A stretch of 60,190 bases of DNA, from positions 1 to 60,190 of the forward strand of contig CALVVS010000002.1 in the NCBI GenBank assembly GCA_944363925.1, in the 5' to 3' direction. The DNA comes from an uncultured Bacilli bacterium (lineage in GTDB: Bacteria > Bacillota_I > Bacilli_A > RF39 > UBA660). Shown here piece after piece: positions 36,209 through 46,662 of this stretch. Made by a program: the position numbers and the translations under genes. Every line of letters begins with the position of its first letter. Positions within the stretch are counted from its first letter, which is position 1. The notes under the pieces are model-generated. The model was not told the DNA's origin and ran no database searches. It saw nothing but the letters and a program-made list of their open reading frames with translations.

Positions 36209-37201
36209 CTATATCCACACACCAAAGCCAATAGCTACCATACTAAGTAATAATCCAGCTGACCAAAAAAGCCTAACAACATCAGTTTCTGACCAGCCTA
36301 ACTTCTCAAAATGATGATGAAGTGGTGCCATTAAAAATACTTTGGTATGAAATTTACTTATTGCAATCCACTGTATAATAACACTAAGTGTTTCTATAAC
36401 AAACACACCAGCAACAATAATAAGCGTCACCTCGTGGTTCGTAATGATTGCCACACTAGCAAGTGCTGCACCCAAAGATAAAGATCCTGTATCACCCATA
36501 AATATTTTAGCCGGATAACAATTATAAAATAAAAATCCAATTAACGAACCAACTAAAACAAAACAGAAAATTGCAATTGCTTCATTACCAGAAGCCCAAT
36601 CAGCTCCCCAAGTAATAATTCCAAAAGCAAAAAATGCAATCGCTGAAAGACCTCCAGCAAGACCATCTAATCCGTCAGTAATATTCACCGCATTACTACT
36701 TCCAACTAGTACAAATAGTAAAAACATTCCATAAAGAAAGCCTAAATCAATCTTAATACCTAAAGTGTGAATATCCACAATCGGATCATTACCACTGCTT
36801 AAAAATATATAGAAAAACACAAGAGCCACGATTATTTGTAATACTAACTTCCAAAATATACTAAGACCATTATTATTATGTTTTTTTATAATCAAATAAT
36901 CGTCAATATAACCAAATATTGCATAAGCAATAAAGACAAACAAAACAATAAATAAATTTGTTGAAAACTCCACTTTTCCCGTCAGCACTAGTGCTATCAT
37001 TATCAAAACCGTTGGAATAATGAAAATTATACCGCCAGTCGTTGGAGTACCATTTTTCTTCTTATGTCTTTCTCCTAAAGTGTTACTAACTTGCTGTCTA
37101 ATATGCTTCTTCTTCAGCCACTTAATAGCAAAATAGCCAAAAATAACTGAAATTGAGAAACCTAACATAATCGACAGTACAGCTTTGGCTAATACTAACA
37201 T
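36209..37201 (-). CDS. mraY: Phospho-N-acetylmuramoyl-pentapeptide transferase
   Basis: NAVNITDGLDGLA and MGDTGSL motifs; 10 TM-type profile. Confidence 0.93.
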   Translation of the reverse strand: MLVLAKAVLSIMLGFSISVIFGYFAIKWLKKKHIRQQVSNTLGERHKKKNGTPTTGGIIFIIPTVLIMIALVLTGKVEFSTNLFIVLFVFIAYAIFGYIDDYLIIKKHNNNGLSIFWKLVLQIIVALVFFYIFLSSGNDPIVDIHTLGIKIDLGFLYGMFLLFVLVGSSNAVNITDGLDGLAGGLSAIAFFAFGIITWGADWASGNEAIAIFCFVLVGSLIGFLFYNCYPAKIFMGDTGSLSLGAALASVAIITNHEVTLIIVAGVFVIETLSVIIQWIAISKFHTKVFLMAPLHHHFEKLGWSETDVVRLFWSAGLLLSMVAIGFGVWI

Positions 37202-37260
37202 ATCCTCATCTCCAAGTAGTACAATTATACCATTTTTTCATACCATTTGTACATATAGTT

Positions 37261-37752
37261 TTAAAACATTTCTATAACTTCATCTAGCTTATCAATAACC
37301 GGAAACCCTTTTCCATCCATATCTAAATCAAATCTAATAGAAATGCCTCCATCTTTATCCCATCTTCTCAAATTTTCTGGATAATCATCAATCAAAATAG
37401 AATCTTGAACCTTAACCATTTTATTCTTATCAACTCGCTTAGGCACCGGAATTATTGTCACATCATCTAAATAATTTCTTATTAATTCAATTTTAAGTTC
37501 AGCTTCTTTCGTTGAAACAACATGCGTCAAAATAAAAACCTTAAATTTACCACAATTAATAATTTCCTCAATACATTTAAACGCATCATTTATCTCAGAA
37601 CTTTGTCTCAAAACCTCACACCAATCCAAATTTTTAAAAAACTGATAATAACTCTCATAATCTTTGGTAATACCCTCTGCATCTGCTAACTTATAAGAAA
37701 CTTCAATCGAATTATAAATAACTCCATCAAAATCGATATACAAATTCTTCAT
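37261..37752 (-). CDS. HAD-superfamily hydrolase (5'(3')-deoxyribonucleotidase-like)
   Basis: N-terminal DFDGV (DxD) motif; size about 160 aa. Confidence 0.5.
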   Translation of the reverse strand: MKNLYIDFDGVIYNSIEVSYKLADAEGITKDYESYYQFFKNLDWCEVLRQSSEINDAFKCIEEIINCGKFKVFILTHVVSTKEAELKIELIRNYLDDVTIIPVPKRVDKNKMVKVQDSILIDDYPENLRRWDKDGGISIRFDLDMDGKGFPVIDKLDEVIEMF

Positions 37753-37789
37753 AAAACCACCCCTTTATAGAAAAAAAGGGAATTATCCC

Positions 37790-38314
37790 TTATTTTAAAG
37801 CATCTAAAAGTTCTGCTTTTTTCATAGTAGAGTAACCCTCAATTTTTTTATCTTTAGCTAATTGCTTAAGTTCAGCTACTGTCATTTTACTTAAATCAGT
37901 AGTCTCTTTCTCTTCTTTTTTAGTCTCCGTTTTTACAACAGCTTTTGGAGTATACTTCTTACCTTCTAATGCCGCTTTTGCTACTTTTACAAGTTCTGCA
38001 AATGCTTTTGGATCATCGATAGCAATCTCTGAAAGCATCTTTCTGTTCACTTCCACATTTGCTTTATTCAAACCATCGATAAATTTAGAATAACTAATCT
38101 CATTTAATCTACAAGCCGCATTAATTCTTGTAATCCATAATTTTCTAAAATCTCTTTTTCTATTTCTTCTATCTCTATAAGCATAAGCGCCAGAATGCAT
38201 TACTTGTTCTTTTGCAGTTTTATATAATCTATGTTTACTACCGAAATAACCTTTAGCTTGTTTCAAAGCCTTCTTTCGGCGCGCACGATGAATAGTTCCA
38301 CCTTTAACTCTCAT
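37790..38314 (-). CDS. rplT: 50S ribosomal protein L20 with a ~55-aa C-terminal extension carrying a Rho_N/SAP-like motif
   Basis: [15 protein letters not shown]...[10 protein letters not shown] core, then a Lys/Glu linker and [30 protein letters not shown]. Confidence 0.9.
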   Translation of the reverse strand: MRVKGGTIHRARRKKALKQAKGYFGSKHRLYKTAKEQVMHSGAYAYRDRRNRKRDFRKLWITRINAACRLNEISYSKFIDGLNKANVEVNRKMLSEIAIDDPKAFAELVKVAKAALEGKKYTPKAVVKTETKKEEKETTDLSKMTVAELKQLAKDKKIEGYSTMKKAELLDALK

Positions 38315-38325
38315 TTTTATCCCTC

Positions 38326-38532
38326 CTACTTATTAATTAAATCTTTTAATCTCTTAACATCTGATGAACTCATCTCTGATTCATGATGTCTTCTTCTTCT
38401 TGATTGATTACTCTTATGAGTTAACTTGTGATTTTTCATAGCTGGTTGAAATTTAATCGAACCACTTTTTCTAACCTTTAAAACCTTAGATAAACCTTTA
38501 TGTGATTTCGCTTTAATCTTAGCCACAAACAT
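38326..38532 (-). CDS. rpmI: 50S ribosomal protein L35
   Basis: Small basic protein between infC and rplT; K.KSHKG...H.L..K pattern. Confidence 0.85.
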   Translation of the reverse strand: MFVAKIKAKSHKGLSKVLKVRKSGSIKFQPAMKNHKLTHKSNQSRRRRHHESEMSSSDVKRLKDLINK

Positions 38533-38537
38533 TCCTC

Positions 38538-39080
38538 CTATTTTTCTTTATTAGGCGCAAGTATCATTGACATAATACGACCATCGATTTTAGGCATTTG
38601 TTCAATAACCGCAATATCATGAGTTGCCTCTGCAAAACGCATTAAAACATCTTTTCCTAAATAACTGTGCGTAATCTCACGGCCTTTAAACCTAATACTA
38701 ACCTTAACTTTATGACCTTTTTCTAAATACTTACTCGCATTATTTAATTTAGTATTAAAATCATGAACATCAATATTAACAGAAAGCTTATACTCTTTCA
38801 TATCTAAATTAGCTTCACGCTGTTTCTTCATATTCTCTTTCTGTTTTTTCTTGTTTTCATATTTAAAACGATTATAATCCATTATCTTACAAACAGGCGG
38901 TTTGCCACCTGGATTCATAAGTACTAAATCAAATCCTGCATACTCAGCCAAAGTAAGGGCATCTTTAATAGGTTTAACTCCTAACTGTTCACCATTAGGA
39001 CCGATTACCATAACCTCTTTTGCTCGTATTTGCTCATTGATATACAAATCTTTATCTCTTGCGATACCAGACACCTCCAA
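38538..39080 (-). CDS. infC: Translation initiation factor IF-3
   Basis: [21 protein letters not shown]. The tracked TTG start overlaps the GGAGGTG SD (39078-39072), so the real start is probably a non-AUG codon just downstream (in-frame ATC at 39065-39063). This fits the known unusual infC start codons. Confidence 0.9.
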   Translation of the reverse strand: MEVSGIARDKDLYINEQIRAKEVMVIGPNGEQLGVKPIKDALTLAEYAGFDLVLMNPGGKPPVCKIMDYNRFKYENKKKQKENMKKQREANLDMKEYKLSVNIDVHDFNTKLNNASKYLEKGHKVKVSIRFKGREITHSYLGKDVLMRFAEATHDIAVIEQMPKIDGRIMSMILAPNKEK

Positions 39081-39084
39081 TAAA

Positions 39085-39300
39085 AAAGTGAATACAAAGT
39101 ATCCACTACATGCACATAAAATAAGAATAAAAACTTATATTGGCATTAAACCCACCGCTATTCGCTAGGTCGGGTGAGAAGTGGATACTTCTTCTTTCCT
39201 TTTTCAAATTACACAAACGATTATACATATAAATACTATGTTTGTCAAGCAAATATATGCTTTTTTTATTCTAATACCTTAATTTTTCAAAAAAGAAAGA
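39085..39300 (-). promoter_or_regulatory. Possible L20-responsive leader of the infC-rpmI-rplT operon
   Basis: Long 5' UTR with a long-range complementarity AGTATCCACT / AGTGGATACT and a GC-rich hairpin (CCCACCGC...). Not verified against a covariance model. Confidence 0.3.
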
Positions 39301-39301
39301 C

Positions 39302-39649
39302 TTATTTATCTTCCTCATGTAACTTATCAATAATATCTTCTATCTTCTGCGCATTTTTAATCGACTCATCATATACAAACTCCAGTTCTGGAATTTGTCT
39401 AATATCAACTCTATCGCGAAGTTCATGACGAATAAAACCACTAGCCTCCTTCAAAGCCTTACTAGTTTCCTTTATCTTGCTCTCATCTAAAACCGTAAAA
39501 TAAACCTTCGCATATGATAAATCATTACTAACCTTCACATCAGTAATCGTCACAAAATTAATATCCCTATTTTTAACCTCAGTTGCAATAATATAACTAA
39601 TTTGCTCGATTAAAGCATCAGATATTCTTTCAGTCTTAATATTACGCAT
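39302..39649 (-). CDS. rbfA: Ribosome-binding factor A
   Basis: MRNIKTERISDALIEQISYII...VTITDVKVSNDLSYAKVYF. Start set at ATG 39649 (GGTGGGTGA RBS). Confidence 0.88.
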   Translation of the reverse strand: MRNIKTERISDALIEQISYIIATEVKNRDINFVTITDVKVSNDLSYAKVYFTVLDESKIKETSKALKEASGFIRHELRDRVDIRQIPELEFVYDESIKNAQKIEDIIDKLHEEDK

Positions 39650-39712
39650 TAATATCACCCACCTTATTATTAGTATACCACAGCCAAAATAGAAAAAACT
39701 AGTCAAACATCA

Positions 39713-39976
39713 CTAGTTTCTCGTCTTTTTAAGTTGCCTGCCGCCTAAATCTAAATAAAACTTAAGTGGTCTTGCTCCAAGTTCATCAGCTGCAGCATAT
39801 AACATTTCAAAAGTAAAAGCTTTATATGTTTTATACTTAATAAAACTATACTCATCATTTTTCCGAGTAACAATATAAACCTGCATTTTAATCTTACCAT
39901 CATCAAATTCATCAAACTCATAAGCAAAGCCAATCATATCATCTAAATACATTTTAAGTTTAATATTTTCAAACAT
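39713..39976 (-). CDS. Small hypothetical protein, paralog 2 of a tandem pair between infB and rbfA
   Basis: Shares MFE..KL......(I/V)GFAYEF.....G....Q.YIV....D.Y.FIKY..YK....EMLY...DE..A.PL.FY with 39997-40266. Confidence 0.55.
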   Translation of the reverse strand: MFENIKLKMYLDDMIGFAYEFDEFDDGKIKMQVYIVTRKNDEYSFIKYKTYKAFTFEMLYAAADELGARPLKFYLDLGGRQLKKTRN

Positions 39977-39996
39977 TGTATTTCACCTTAAACAAA

Positions 39997-40266
39997 TTAT
40001 ATCTTCTTAACTTTTTGAAATGGAATATTAGTCTCTTTATTCGCATAAAAAGCAAGGGGCTTCGCATGAAACTCATCAATTATAACATAAAGCATTTCAC
40101 TAGTGCGCAGTTTATACTTACGATATTTAATAAATTCATAATCATCTCTTTTAACAACTATATAAAGTTGCATTACCTTCTTACCACTTCTATCATTAGG
40201 TAAAAACTCATAAGCAAAACCCACTGCCTCCATAAAGTTTTTTCTAAGCTTGTTATATTCAAACAT
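39997..40266 (-). CDS. Small hypothetical protein, paralog 1 of the tandem pair
   Basis: See 39713-39976. Confidence 0.55.
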   Translation of the reverse strand: MFEYNKLRKNFMEAVGFAYEFLPNDRSGKKVMQLYIVVKRDDYEFIKYRKYKLRTSEMLYVIIDEFHAKPLAFYANKETNIPFQKVKKI

Positions 40267-40287
40267 GTATAATCACCTTCCAAAAAT

Positions 40288-42384
40288 TTATCTTTTTACT
40301 AAAACCATCTCATAAACTTCTATCGTATCACCGACTTTAATATCATTAAAGCCATCAATAGTAATTCCACACTCATAACCCTTTTTAACCTCTTTAACAC
40401 TGTCTTTCTCGTGCTGTAATGAACCTATTTTACCATCATAAACCACAACACCATCGCGAATAACCCGCGCATTAGCATCCCTTCTAATCACGCCATCACT
40501 AACCGAGCAACCCGCAATATTTCCAACTTTAGAAAACTTAAATATCTGTCTGATTTCCGCCGTACCCAAAATCTTCTCTTCAAACTCTGGGTCAAGCATT
40601 CCCTTCATAGCCGCTTCCATTTCCTCAACTACTTTATAAATAATATTATAAAATCTAATCTCTACGCCTTCATCTTTAGCCTTGTCTGCAATAACCTTTG
40701 AAGGCCTTACATTAAATCCTATAATAATAGCTGACGAAGCTTTGGCCAAAACAATGTCACTTTCAGTAATACCACCAACACTACTTCTAATAACATTTAT
40801 TCTAACACCTTCAACATAAGTTTTTTGTAAACTATTCTTAACCGCTTCCGCACTACCATTAACATCAGCTTTGATAATAACATTTATCTCTTTCAAACCT
40901 TCACCAATCTTCGCAAATAAATCATCAAGTGTAACCGTAGACTTAACTTGATTTTTCTTAGCTTTTGCCTGCTGCATACGTTCAGCAGCAATACTCTTAG
41001 CCTCCTTCTCAGAGGCAAAAGTCATAAATCTGTCACCAGCCGATGGCACCTCATTTAACCCTGTAATCTCTACTGGCTGAGATGGTAAAGCCTTTGTAAT
41101 TTCTTCCCCCTTATCATTTCTAAGCGTTCTAATCTTGCCAAAAGTGCTGCCAACAACTATTGGGTCACCAAGTCTAAGCGTTCCATTTTGAACAAGCACC
41201 GTAACCACTGAACCAACATGCTTATCAAGCTTAGACTCCACAACCGTTCCCATCGCATAACGATTAGGATTAGCCCTATAATTATTAACCTCCGCAATAA
41301 GCAAAATATTTTCCAGTAAATCGCCAATACCTTCGCCAGTGATAGCCGAAATCTTCGTAAAAATAACATCTCCGCCCCACTCTTCAGGCATAAGTCCCGC
41401 ATCAGCCATTTCTGTCATAACCTTATCTGGATTAGCTCCAGGTTTATCCATCTTGTTAATCGCCACAATAATTGGAACGTTAGCTGCCTTCGCATGATCA
41501 ATGGCCTCTTTAGTCTGAGGCATAACCCCATCATCAGCCGCCACAATAATAATAACAATATCCGTAATACTAGCTCCTCTAGCTCGCATCTCTGTAAACG
41601 CCGCATGACCAGGTGTATCGATAAACGTAATCAATTTGCCATTATACTTAACCTGATAAGCTGAAATAGCCTGTGTAATTCCACCAGCTTCACCTAAAGC
41701 CACATTTGTCTTTCTTATCGCATCAAGTAAAGTCGTCTTACCATGATCAACATGCCCCATAATTGTCACTACTGGTGGTCTTGAAACTAAATCTTCTTCT
41801 TTATCCTTAACTTCAAATTCCTCGAAATTAGCCACATTAGCCGTCTCTTCCCTTTTTAATTCCTTACCATAATCAAGGACAATTATCTCCGCATTTTCAA
41901 ATGAAATAGCACTGTTAATATTAACCATAAGACCTAAAGAAAATAACTTTTTAATAATTTCACTAGCCGCTACTCCCATAGCTGAAGCCAACTGTGAAAT
42001 CGTCATATTTTCCTTGTATAAAATAACATTTTCATCATGAGTAGGTGCATTACTCTGTAACTTCTCCTTACTCTTATACATAGCCTTCTTCTTTTGTGCT
42101 AAACTCTTCTTGCCATCATTTTTCTTAACATTTTTAATTTTTTTCTTCTTGCTCTGACTATCCTTAGTATCCCTACTACTCTCTTCCAAAGCCACCTCTT
42201 CAGCAATCTCTTCGTCAGAAAGCTCTTCACTAATCTCATCGAAACTATTATCTAACATAATAATAGCCTCTTCATCAAGTAAATCGTCCTCATTTTTAAC
42301 ATCGATATCAAGTAAAGCACATTTTTCCAAAACTAAATTAACATCACGGTTAATATCCTCTGCATACTCTTTAACACTCATCAT
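40288..42384 (-). CDS. infB: Translation initiation factor IF-2
   Basis: [21 protein letters not shown] GTPase motifs. Confidence 0.96.
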   Translation of the reverse strand: MMSVKEYAEDINRDVNLVLEKCALLDIDVKNEDDLLDEEAIIMLDNSFDEISEELSDEEIAEEVALEESSRDTKDSQSKKKKIKNVKKNDGKKSLAQKKKAMYKSKEKLQSNAPTHDENVILYKENMTISQLASAMGVAASEIIKKLFSLGLMVNINSAISFENAEIIVLDYGKELKREETANVANFEEFEVKDKEEDLVSRPPVVTIMGHVDHGKTTLLDAIRKTNVALGEAGGITQAISAYQVKYNGKLITFIDTPGHAAFTEMRARGASITDIVIIIVAADDGVMPQTKEAIDHAKAANVPIIVAINKMDKPGANPDKVMTEMADAGLMPEEWGGDVIFTKISAITGEGIGDLLENILLIAEVNNYRANPNRYAMGTVVESKLDKHVGSVVTVLVQNGTLRLGDPIVVGSTFGKIRTLRNDKGEEITKALPSQPVEITGLNEVPSAGDRFMTFASEKEAKSIAAERMQQAKAKKNQVKSTVTLDDLFAKIGEGLKEINVIIKADVNGSAEAVKNSLQKTYVEGVRINVIRSSVGGITESDIVLAKASSAIIIGFNVRPSKVIADKAKDEGVEIRFYNIIYKVVEEMEAAMKGMLDPEFEEKILGTAEIRQIFKFSKVGNIAGCSVSDGVIRRDANARVIRDGVVVYDGKIGSLQHEKDSVKEVKKGYECGITIDGFNDIKVGDTIEVYEMVLVKR

Positions 42385-42404
42385 ATTTACGCACCTCTTT
42401 TCTA

Positions 42405-42665
42405 TTAATCTAATAAATTATTAAGTTCATCAAAAATCTCTGAAGGAACACTCACCTCTAACTGTCTATCAAGTATTTTATTCTTCTTAGCTTTCAAAAA
42501 TACTTCCTTATCCTTTTTTAAATAAGCTCCTCTGCCATTAGCTTTGCCACTTGGATCAACGATAACCTCACCAGTTGGACTCTTAACAACTCTAATAAGC
42601 TCTGACTTTGGATACTTCTCTCTCGTAACCACACACATCCTCATCGGTATTTTTCTAGTCTTCAT
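42405..42665 (-). CDS. ylxR: YlxR-family (DUF448) RNA-binding protein
   Basis: [19 protein letters not shown]...GRGAYL. Start moved to the internal ATG (MKTRKIP). Confidence 0.85.
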   Translation of the reverse strand: MKTRKIPMRMCVVTREKYPKSELIRVVKSPTGEVIVDPSGKANGRGAYLKKDKEVFLKAKKNKILDRQLEVSVPSEIFDELNNLLD

Positions 42666-43818
42666 AAATACTAATACCCTTTTCACTAGCTTGTGCCGTA
42701 GTTTCCACATCAATCTTAAAATGTGTAAGACGAGCCGCCAACTTAACGTTCATACCCTTTTTACCGATTGCCAAAGATAAATCAGCATCACCGACAACCA
42801 CTAAAGCCTCTTTTTTCTTCTCATCAGTTACAAACACATGTAAATTACGAGCCGGACTTAAAGCATTTTCAATAAATCTTGCCTCATCACTTTCATACTT
42901 AACAATATCTATTTTCTCACCATTAAGCTCTGAAATAATACGGTTAATTCTGCTGCCGTGCTCACCAATACAAGCACCTACTGGATCGACATTAGGATTT
43001 TCCGAATAAACCGCAATCTTCGTCCTATTTCCAGCATCCCTAGCCACACTGTAAACTAAAATAATACCTTCATTAATTTCCGGAATTTCAAGCTCAAAAA
43101 GTCTTTTAACAAATCCATAATGCTTTCTAGAAAGTAAAATTAAAGGTCCCTTAGAATTATTTTCTACCTTAGTAACATAAACCTTCAAACTAGACCCCAT
43201 TTTAATCGTCTCACCAGGAATAATTTCACTCTTAGGTAAAATACCTTGCGTTCTTCCTAAATCGATATAATAATTACGAACATCCTCCATTGCGACAATA
43301 CCCGTCATCATCTCATCTTGTTTATCGGCAAACTCATTATTAATAATCTCTCTTTCAGCCTCTCTAATCTTTTGAACCACAACCTGTTTAGCCGTTGAAG
43401 CCGCTACTCTTCCAAAATCCTTAGGCGTAACTTCCTTCTCTATTGTCTCGCCAATCTTAATACCAGGCACTTGTTTCCTCGCATCCGCTAAAGTAATGTG
43501 AATTCTATCGTCATAGTGAAATTCTTTTTCGATTTCCTTTTCGTTACCCTCTTCATCAGTAACAATCTCTTTTTCTAAAACTCCATCTTCTTTTTCATAC
43601 TTTTCATTAAAAACAACCGTCTTATAAGAAAAAATCTTAATCTCACCAGTTTCCCTATTAATATCCACACGCACATTTGAAAGTGAATGATAATTCTTCT
43701 TATAAGCACTAGTTAGTGCAAGTTCCATCGCATCATAAATAACATCTTTATCAATACCTTTTTCTTTAGACAAATTTTCCACAGCTAACTTAAATTTTTT
43801 ACTGTCCATCTTCGTCAC
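42655..43818 (-). CDS. nusA: Transcription termination/antitermination factor NusA
   Basis: S1 and KH domains (GACIGEHGSRI, AIGKKGMNVKLA). Confidence 0.95.
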   Translation of the reverse strand: MTKMDSKKFKLAVENLSKEKGIDKDVIYDAMELALTSAYKKNYHSLSNVRVDINRETGEIKIFSYKTVVFNEKYEKEDGVLEKEIVTDEEGNEKEIEKEFHYDDRIHITLADARKQVPGIKIGETIEKEVTPKDFGRVAASTAKQVVVQKIREAEREIINNEFADKQDEMMTGIVAMEDVRNYYIDLGRTQGILPKSEIIPGETIKMGSSLKVYVTKVENNSKGPLILLSRKHYGFVKRLFELEIPEINEGIILVYSVARDAGNRTKIAVYSENPNVDPVGACIGEHGSRINRIISELNGEKIDIVKYESDEARFIENALSPARNLHVFVTDEKKKEALVVVGDADLSLAIGKKGMNVKLAARLTHFKIDVETTAQASEKGISIYED

Positions 43819-44059
43819 TTCCCTTCTCCTTAGAACAAATATCTAATACATAACTCTCACTAATTGGATCAGCCTCATCTAATATTGGATTAACAATCTC
43901 ATTTACCTTAACACAGTCACCAACATTAATATAACCAGCCTTATCGATAACTAACCTCAAAGTATTCACATTATCTTCCTTACCATAAAATACTTCATCC
44001 AAAACATATCCAGCATCCTCAATGGCTCTGCCAAGCAAATCTCTAATTTTCTCTTCCAA
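43799..44059 (-). CDS. rimP: Ribosome maturation factor RimP, N-terminal domain only (86 aa)
   Basis: Position upstream of nusA and the RimP N-domain pattern (LRLVIDK.G.I...DC..V...). The C-terminal Sm-like domain is absent. Confidence 0.65.
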   Translation of the reverse strand: MEEKIRDLLGRAIEDAGYVLDEVFYGKEDNVNTLRLVIDKAGYINVGDCVKVNEIVNPILDEADPISESYVLDICSKEKGSDEDGQ

Positions 44060-44220
44060 AAATACACCTCCTTAACTACATTAAAGAGTGGGACCACCCA
44101 CTCTTTTCTGCACGTCTAGAACCATTATATCATAATTTTCTGGCTTTTAATACCTTTTTTCTCATAATATCACTTACATTATCTATCTTTTTCCTCAAAA
44201 TACGTGTTATAATAAAAACG

Positions 44221-44934
44221 GTGATAAAAATGATAACAAAAGAAAATCAAAATAACTATAAATATATTCTAAAAGGTAGCCTCGTTTTATTCATCTATTT
44301 TTTCTTTAGCTACTTCCAAACCCTACCTTTCGCTCTCCTGCACATAAACACTAATGAACTTCCAAATTTAGTTAAAATAATCTATACCCTATCAGTCGAA
44401 CTATTAATGATGTCAATTATCTTTTATATTTTTGAAAAAGAATATAAAAAAGCCTTTCAAGACATAAAGAAAAACCACCGAAAATACTTTGACGAAAACT
44501 TAAAATATTATATCATCGGCCTAATTACTATGATGGGCGCTAATATATTAATAAATATTTTAGGCGGTGGCTTATCAGCCAATGAAACAGCTATCAGAAC
44601 CGAATACGCCACCCTTCCAATATATACCTTTATCTCCGCCGTCATATTAGCTCCTCTTTTAGAAGAAAGCGTCTTCAGACTAGGTTTCAGAGCCATTTTC
44701 AAAAATGATTTTCTATTCATAACTATATCTAGCTTAGTCTTTGGTGGTCTTCATCTTCTAACCAACCCCTTAAATGAATTATTCCCACTATATTTATTAT
44801 CATACTGTAGCTGTGGTATCGCTTTTGCCTATATGCTCAAAAAAACCAATAACATCCTCGTCTCATCCTTCTTCCACTTTATGCATAATGGCTTAATTCT
44901 CGCTTTACAAACTTTCCTTCTCATATTCTCATAA
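44221..44934 (+). CDS. CPBP-family intramembrane glutamic endopeptidase (CAAX protease-like)
   Basis: LLEESVFRLGF and FHFMHN motifs; multiple TM segments. Confidence 0.8.
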   Translation: MIKMITKENQNNYKYILKGSLVLFIYFFFSYFQTLPFALLHINTNELPNLVKIIYTLSVELLMMSIIFYIFEKEYKKAFQDIKKNHRKYFDENLKYYIIGLITMMGANILINILGGGLSANETAIRTEYATLPIYTFISAVILAPLLEESVFRLGFRAIFKNDFLFITISSLVFGGLHLLTNPLNELFPLYLLSYCSCGIAFAYMLKKTNNILVSSFFHFMHNGLILALQTFLLIFS

Positions 44935-44975
44935 AGACTTTTGTCTTTTTTTCTATTGTGGTAAAATTATTATAG

Positions 44976-45848
44976 GTGAAAAGCATGGCTAAAGAAAAAC
45001 ATTTCTCATTTTTAAAATTATTTTTAATTATAATACTAATCATCGGTTTAATAATAGCCTATGGCTTTTTAATCGAACCCAAATTAATAACTGTCAAAGA
45101 GCAAAAAATAACCATAAATAACTTGCCAGATAACTTTGATGGTTTCAAAATCGTCCATATTTCAGATATCCATTATGACAGATTATTTGACGAAGAAAGT
45201 CTTAAAAAACTAGTCAAAAGCATCAATGAACAAAAACCAGATATTGTCGTCTTAACTGGCGACTTAATCGATAAAGATACTCATATGACAACCAATATGG
45301 CCAATAAAGTAAGTAAATACTTAAATAATATATCCGCCACCACCGGCAAATATGCCATAAACGGAAATAACGATTTAAACTTTGATGAGTGGTATAACAT
45401 CATTACAAATGGCGGCTTTAGGGACCTAAATAATACCTATGACACTATCTATAAAGATGGCTATCAAAGCATATTCATATCAGGCGCTAGTACCATCAAA
45501 GATAAACTAAGTATCAATGATAAATTAAAAACTTCGGTAGACTACCTAAACTCATTTCAAAAAGATGGACCAGTCTATAAAATATTACTGCTCCATGAAC
45601 CAGACGCCATCGACGATTTAACCGTAAACCCATTTGACTTAATACTCGCTGGCCACTCCCACGCCGGTCAAATACGGCTGCCTATCATAGGCCCCGTCTA
45701 TTTGCCAGATGGCGCTAAAAAATACTATGAAAACCACTATAAAATAGAAAATGCCGACCTATATATTTCTAATGGTCTAGGTGTTTCAAACTTTAACTTT
45801 AGACTATTCAGCGTCCCATCATATACTCTATATAGATTAGTCAATTAA
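44976..45848 (+). CDS. Membrane-anchored metallophosphoesterase
   Basis: HISDIHYD, GDLID, GNND, GHSHAGQ motifs. Confidence 0.85.
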   Translation: MKSMAKEKHFSFLKLFLIIILIIGLIIAYGFLIEPKLITVKEQKITINNLPDNFDGFKIVHISDIHYDRLFDEESLKKLVKSINEQKPDIVVLTGDLIDKDTHMTTNMANKVSKYLNNISATTGKYAINGNNDLNFDEWYNIITNGGFRDLNNTYDTIYKDGYQSIFISGASTIKDKLSINDKLKTSVDYLNSFQKDGPVYKILLLHEPDAIDDLTVNPFDLILAGHSHAGQIRLPIIGPVYLPDGAKKYYENHYKIENADLYISNGLGVSNFNFRLFSVPSYTLYRLVN

Positions 45849-45856
45849 CGCTAAGC

Positions 45857-46576
45857 TTATCTCAAAATAAGCTTTTTTTCAAACCCTTTTTCTAAATTAT
45901 CCTCCAAAAAGTCCGCATAAATATCATCTAAACTGTTCAAACTTCTTATCATATCAAAATCAATTTCACTAGCCTTGTATCCTCTTTCTAAACACGTCCT
46001 AATAATAAACATCTGATTATAATCAAACTCCTCTTTAGCATATACCTTAAGTTGCTTTAAAGTAAGTCCGTGTTTAGCCCCTTTATAAATTTGGTACATC
46101 TGGTCTTGAGAAAACTTTCTATTAGTATAAAGCAAAATCTTTTTCTCATCAAAACCCTTCTCATATCCTAAACGCATAAGCCACATTTCATAATAAAAAA
46201 ACTCTGCTCTTGCATACTTATCAACTTCATCCTGAGAAAGCCCATGCTTAAACCCTTTAAAAATTTCCTTAAGCTGATTAAACTCAAAATCACCATTCGC
46301 ATATCTTTTAATAACCTTCAAAGAAATACCATCTTCTAAAGCTTTTAAAACCTCCAAAATCTGATAATAATCTAAAATAGGATTTGCAATTAACTCACCT
46401 TCTGCATAATCCATCCCACTTTCCAAAGCCTTCCTAATAAGCTTCATCCTATAACGATCAAAACTAGGCCTTGCAAATAGTAAAATCTTCTTATTAGATA
46501 ACCCATGCCTTAGGCCTTTTTTTATCTCCGAAAACTGCTCTTTACTGAAATCATCTTTATTTATATTTTTCATCAT
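45857..46576 (-). CDS. Hypothetical protein built from about 8 tandem ~29-aa helical repeats
   Basis: Recurrent unit F..(E/D)Q...I.KG..HGL....(I/V)..YA... (for example FSKEQFSEIKKGLRHGLS, FEFNQLKEIFKGFKHGLS, FSQDQMYQIYKGAKHGLT). Confidence 0.5.
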   Translation of the reverse strand: MMKNINKDDFSKEQFSEIKKGLRHGLSNKKILLFARPSFDRYRMKLIRKALESGMDYAEGELIANPILDYYQILEVLKALEDGISLKVIKRYANGDFEFNQLKEIFKGFKHGLSQDEVDKYARAEFFYYEMWLMRLGYEKGFDEKKILLYTNRKFSQDQMYQIYKGAKHGLTLKQLKVYAKEEFDYNQMFIIRTCLERGYKASEIDFDMIRSLNSLDDIYADFLEDNLEKGFEKKLILR

Positions 46577-46662
46577 TTGCCCTCCTTTTAAATTGGAAAT
46601 ACCATATTACCACTATTGATTATTAAAGTCAAATTCAAAAAATTAAAAAAAGTGACCAAAAA

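Noticed and set aside
39174-39428. 84-aa plus-strand ORF across the infC leader and the rbfA 3' end
   Set aside because: It overlaps rbfA in antisense and spans the non-coding leader. There is no RBS.
41157-41606. Two same-strand out-of-frame ORFs inside infB
   Set aside because: They are alternative-frame ORFs with Leu/Arg-rich translation inside a highly conserved gene. There is no independent support.
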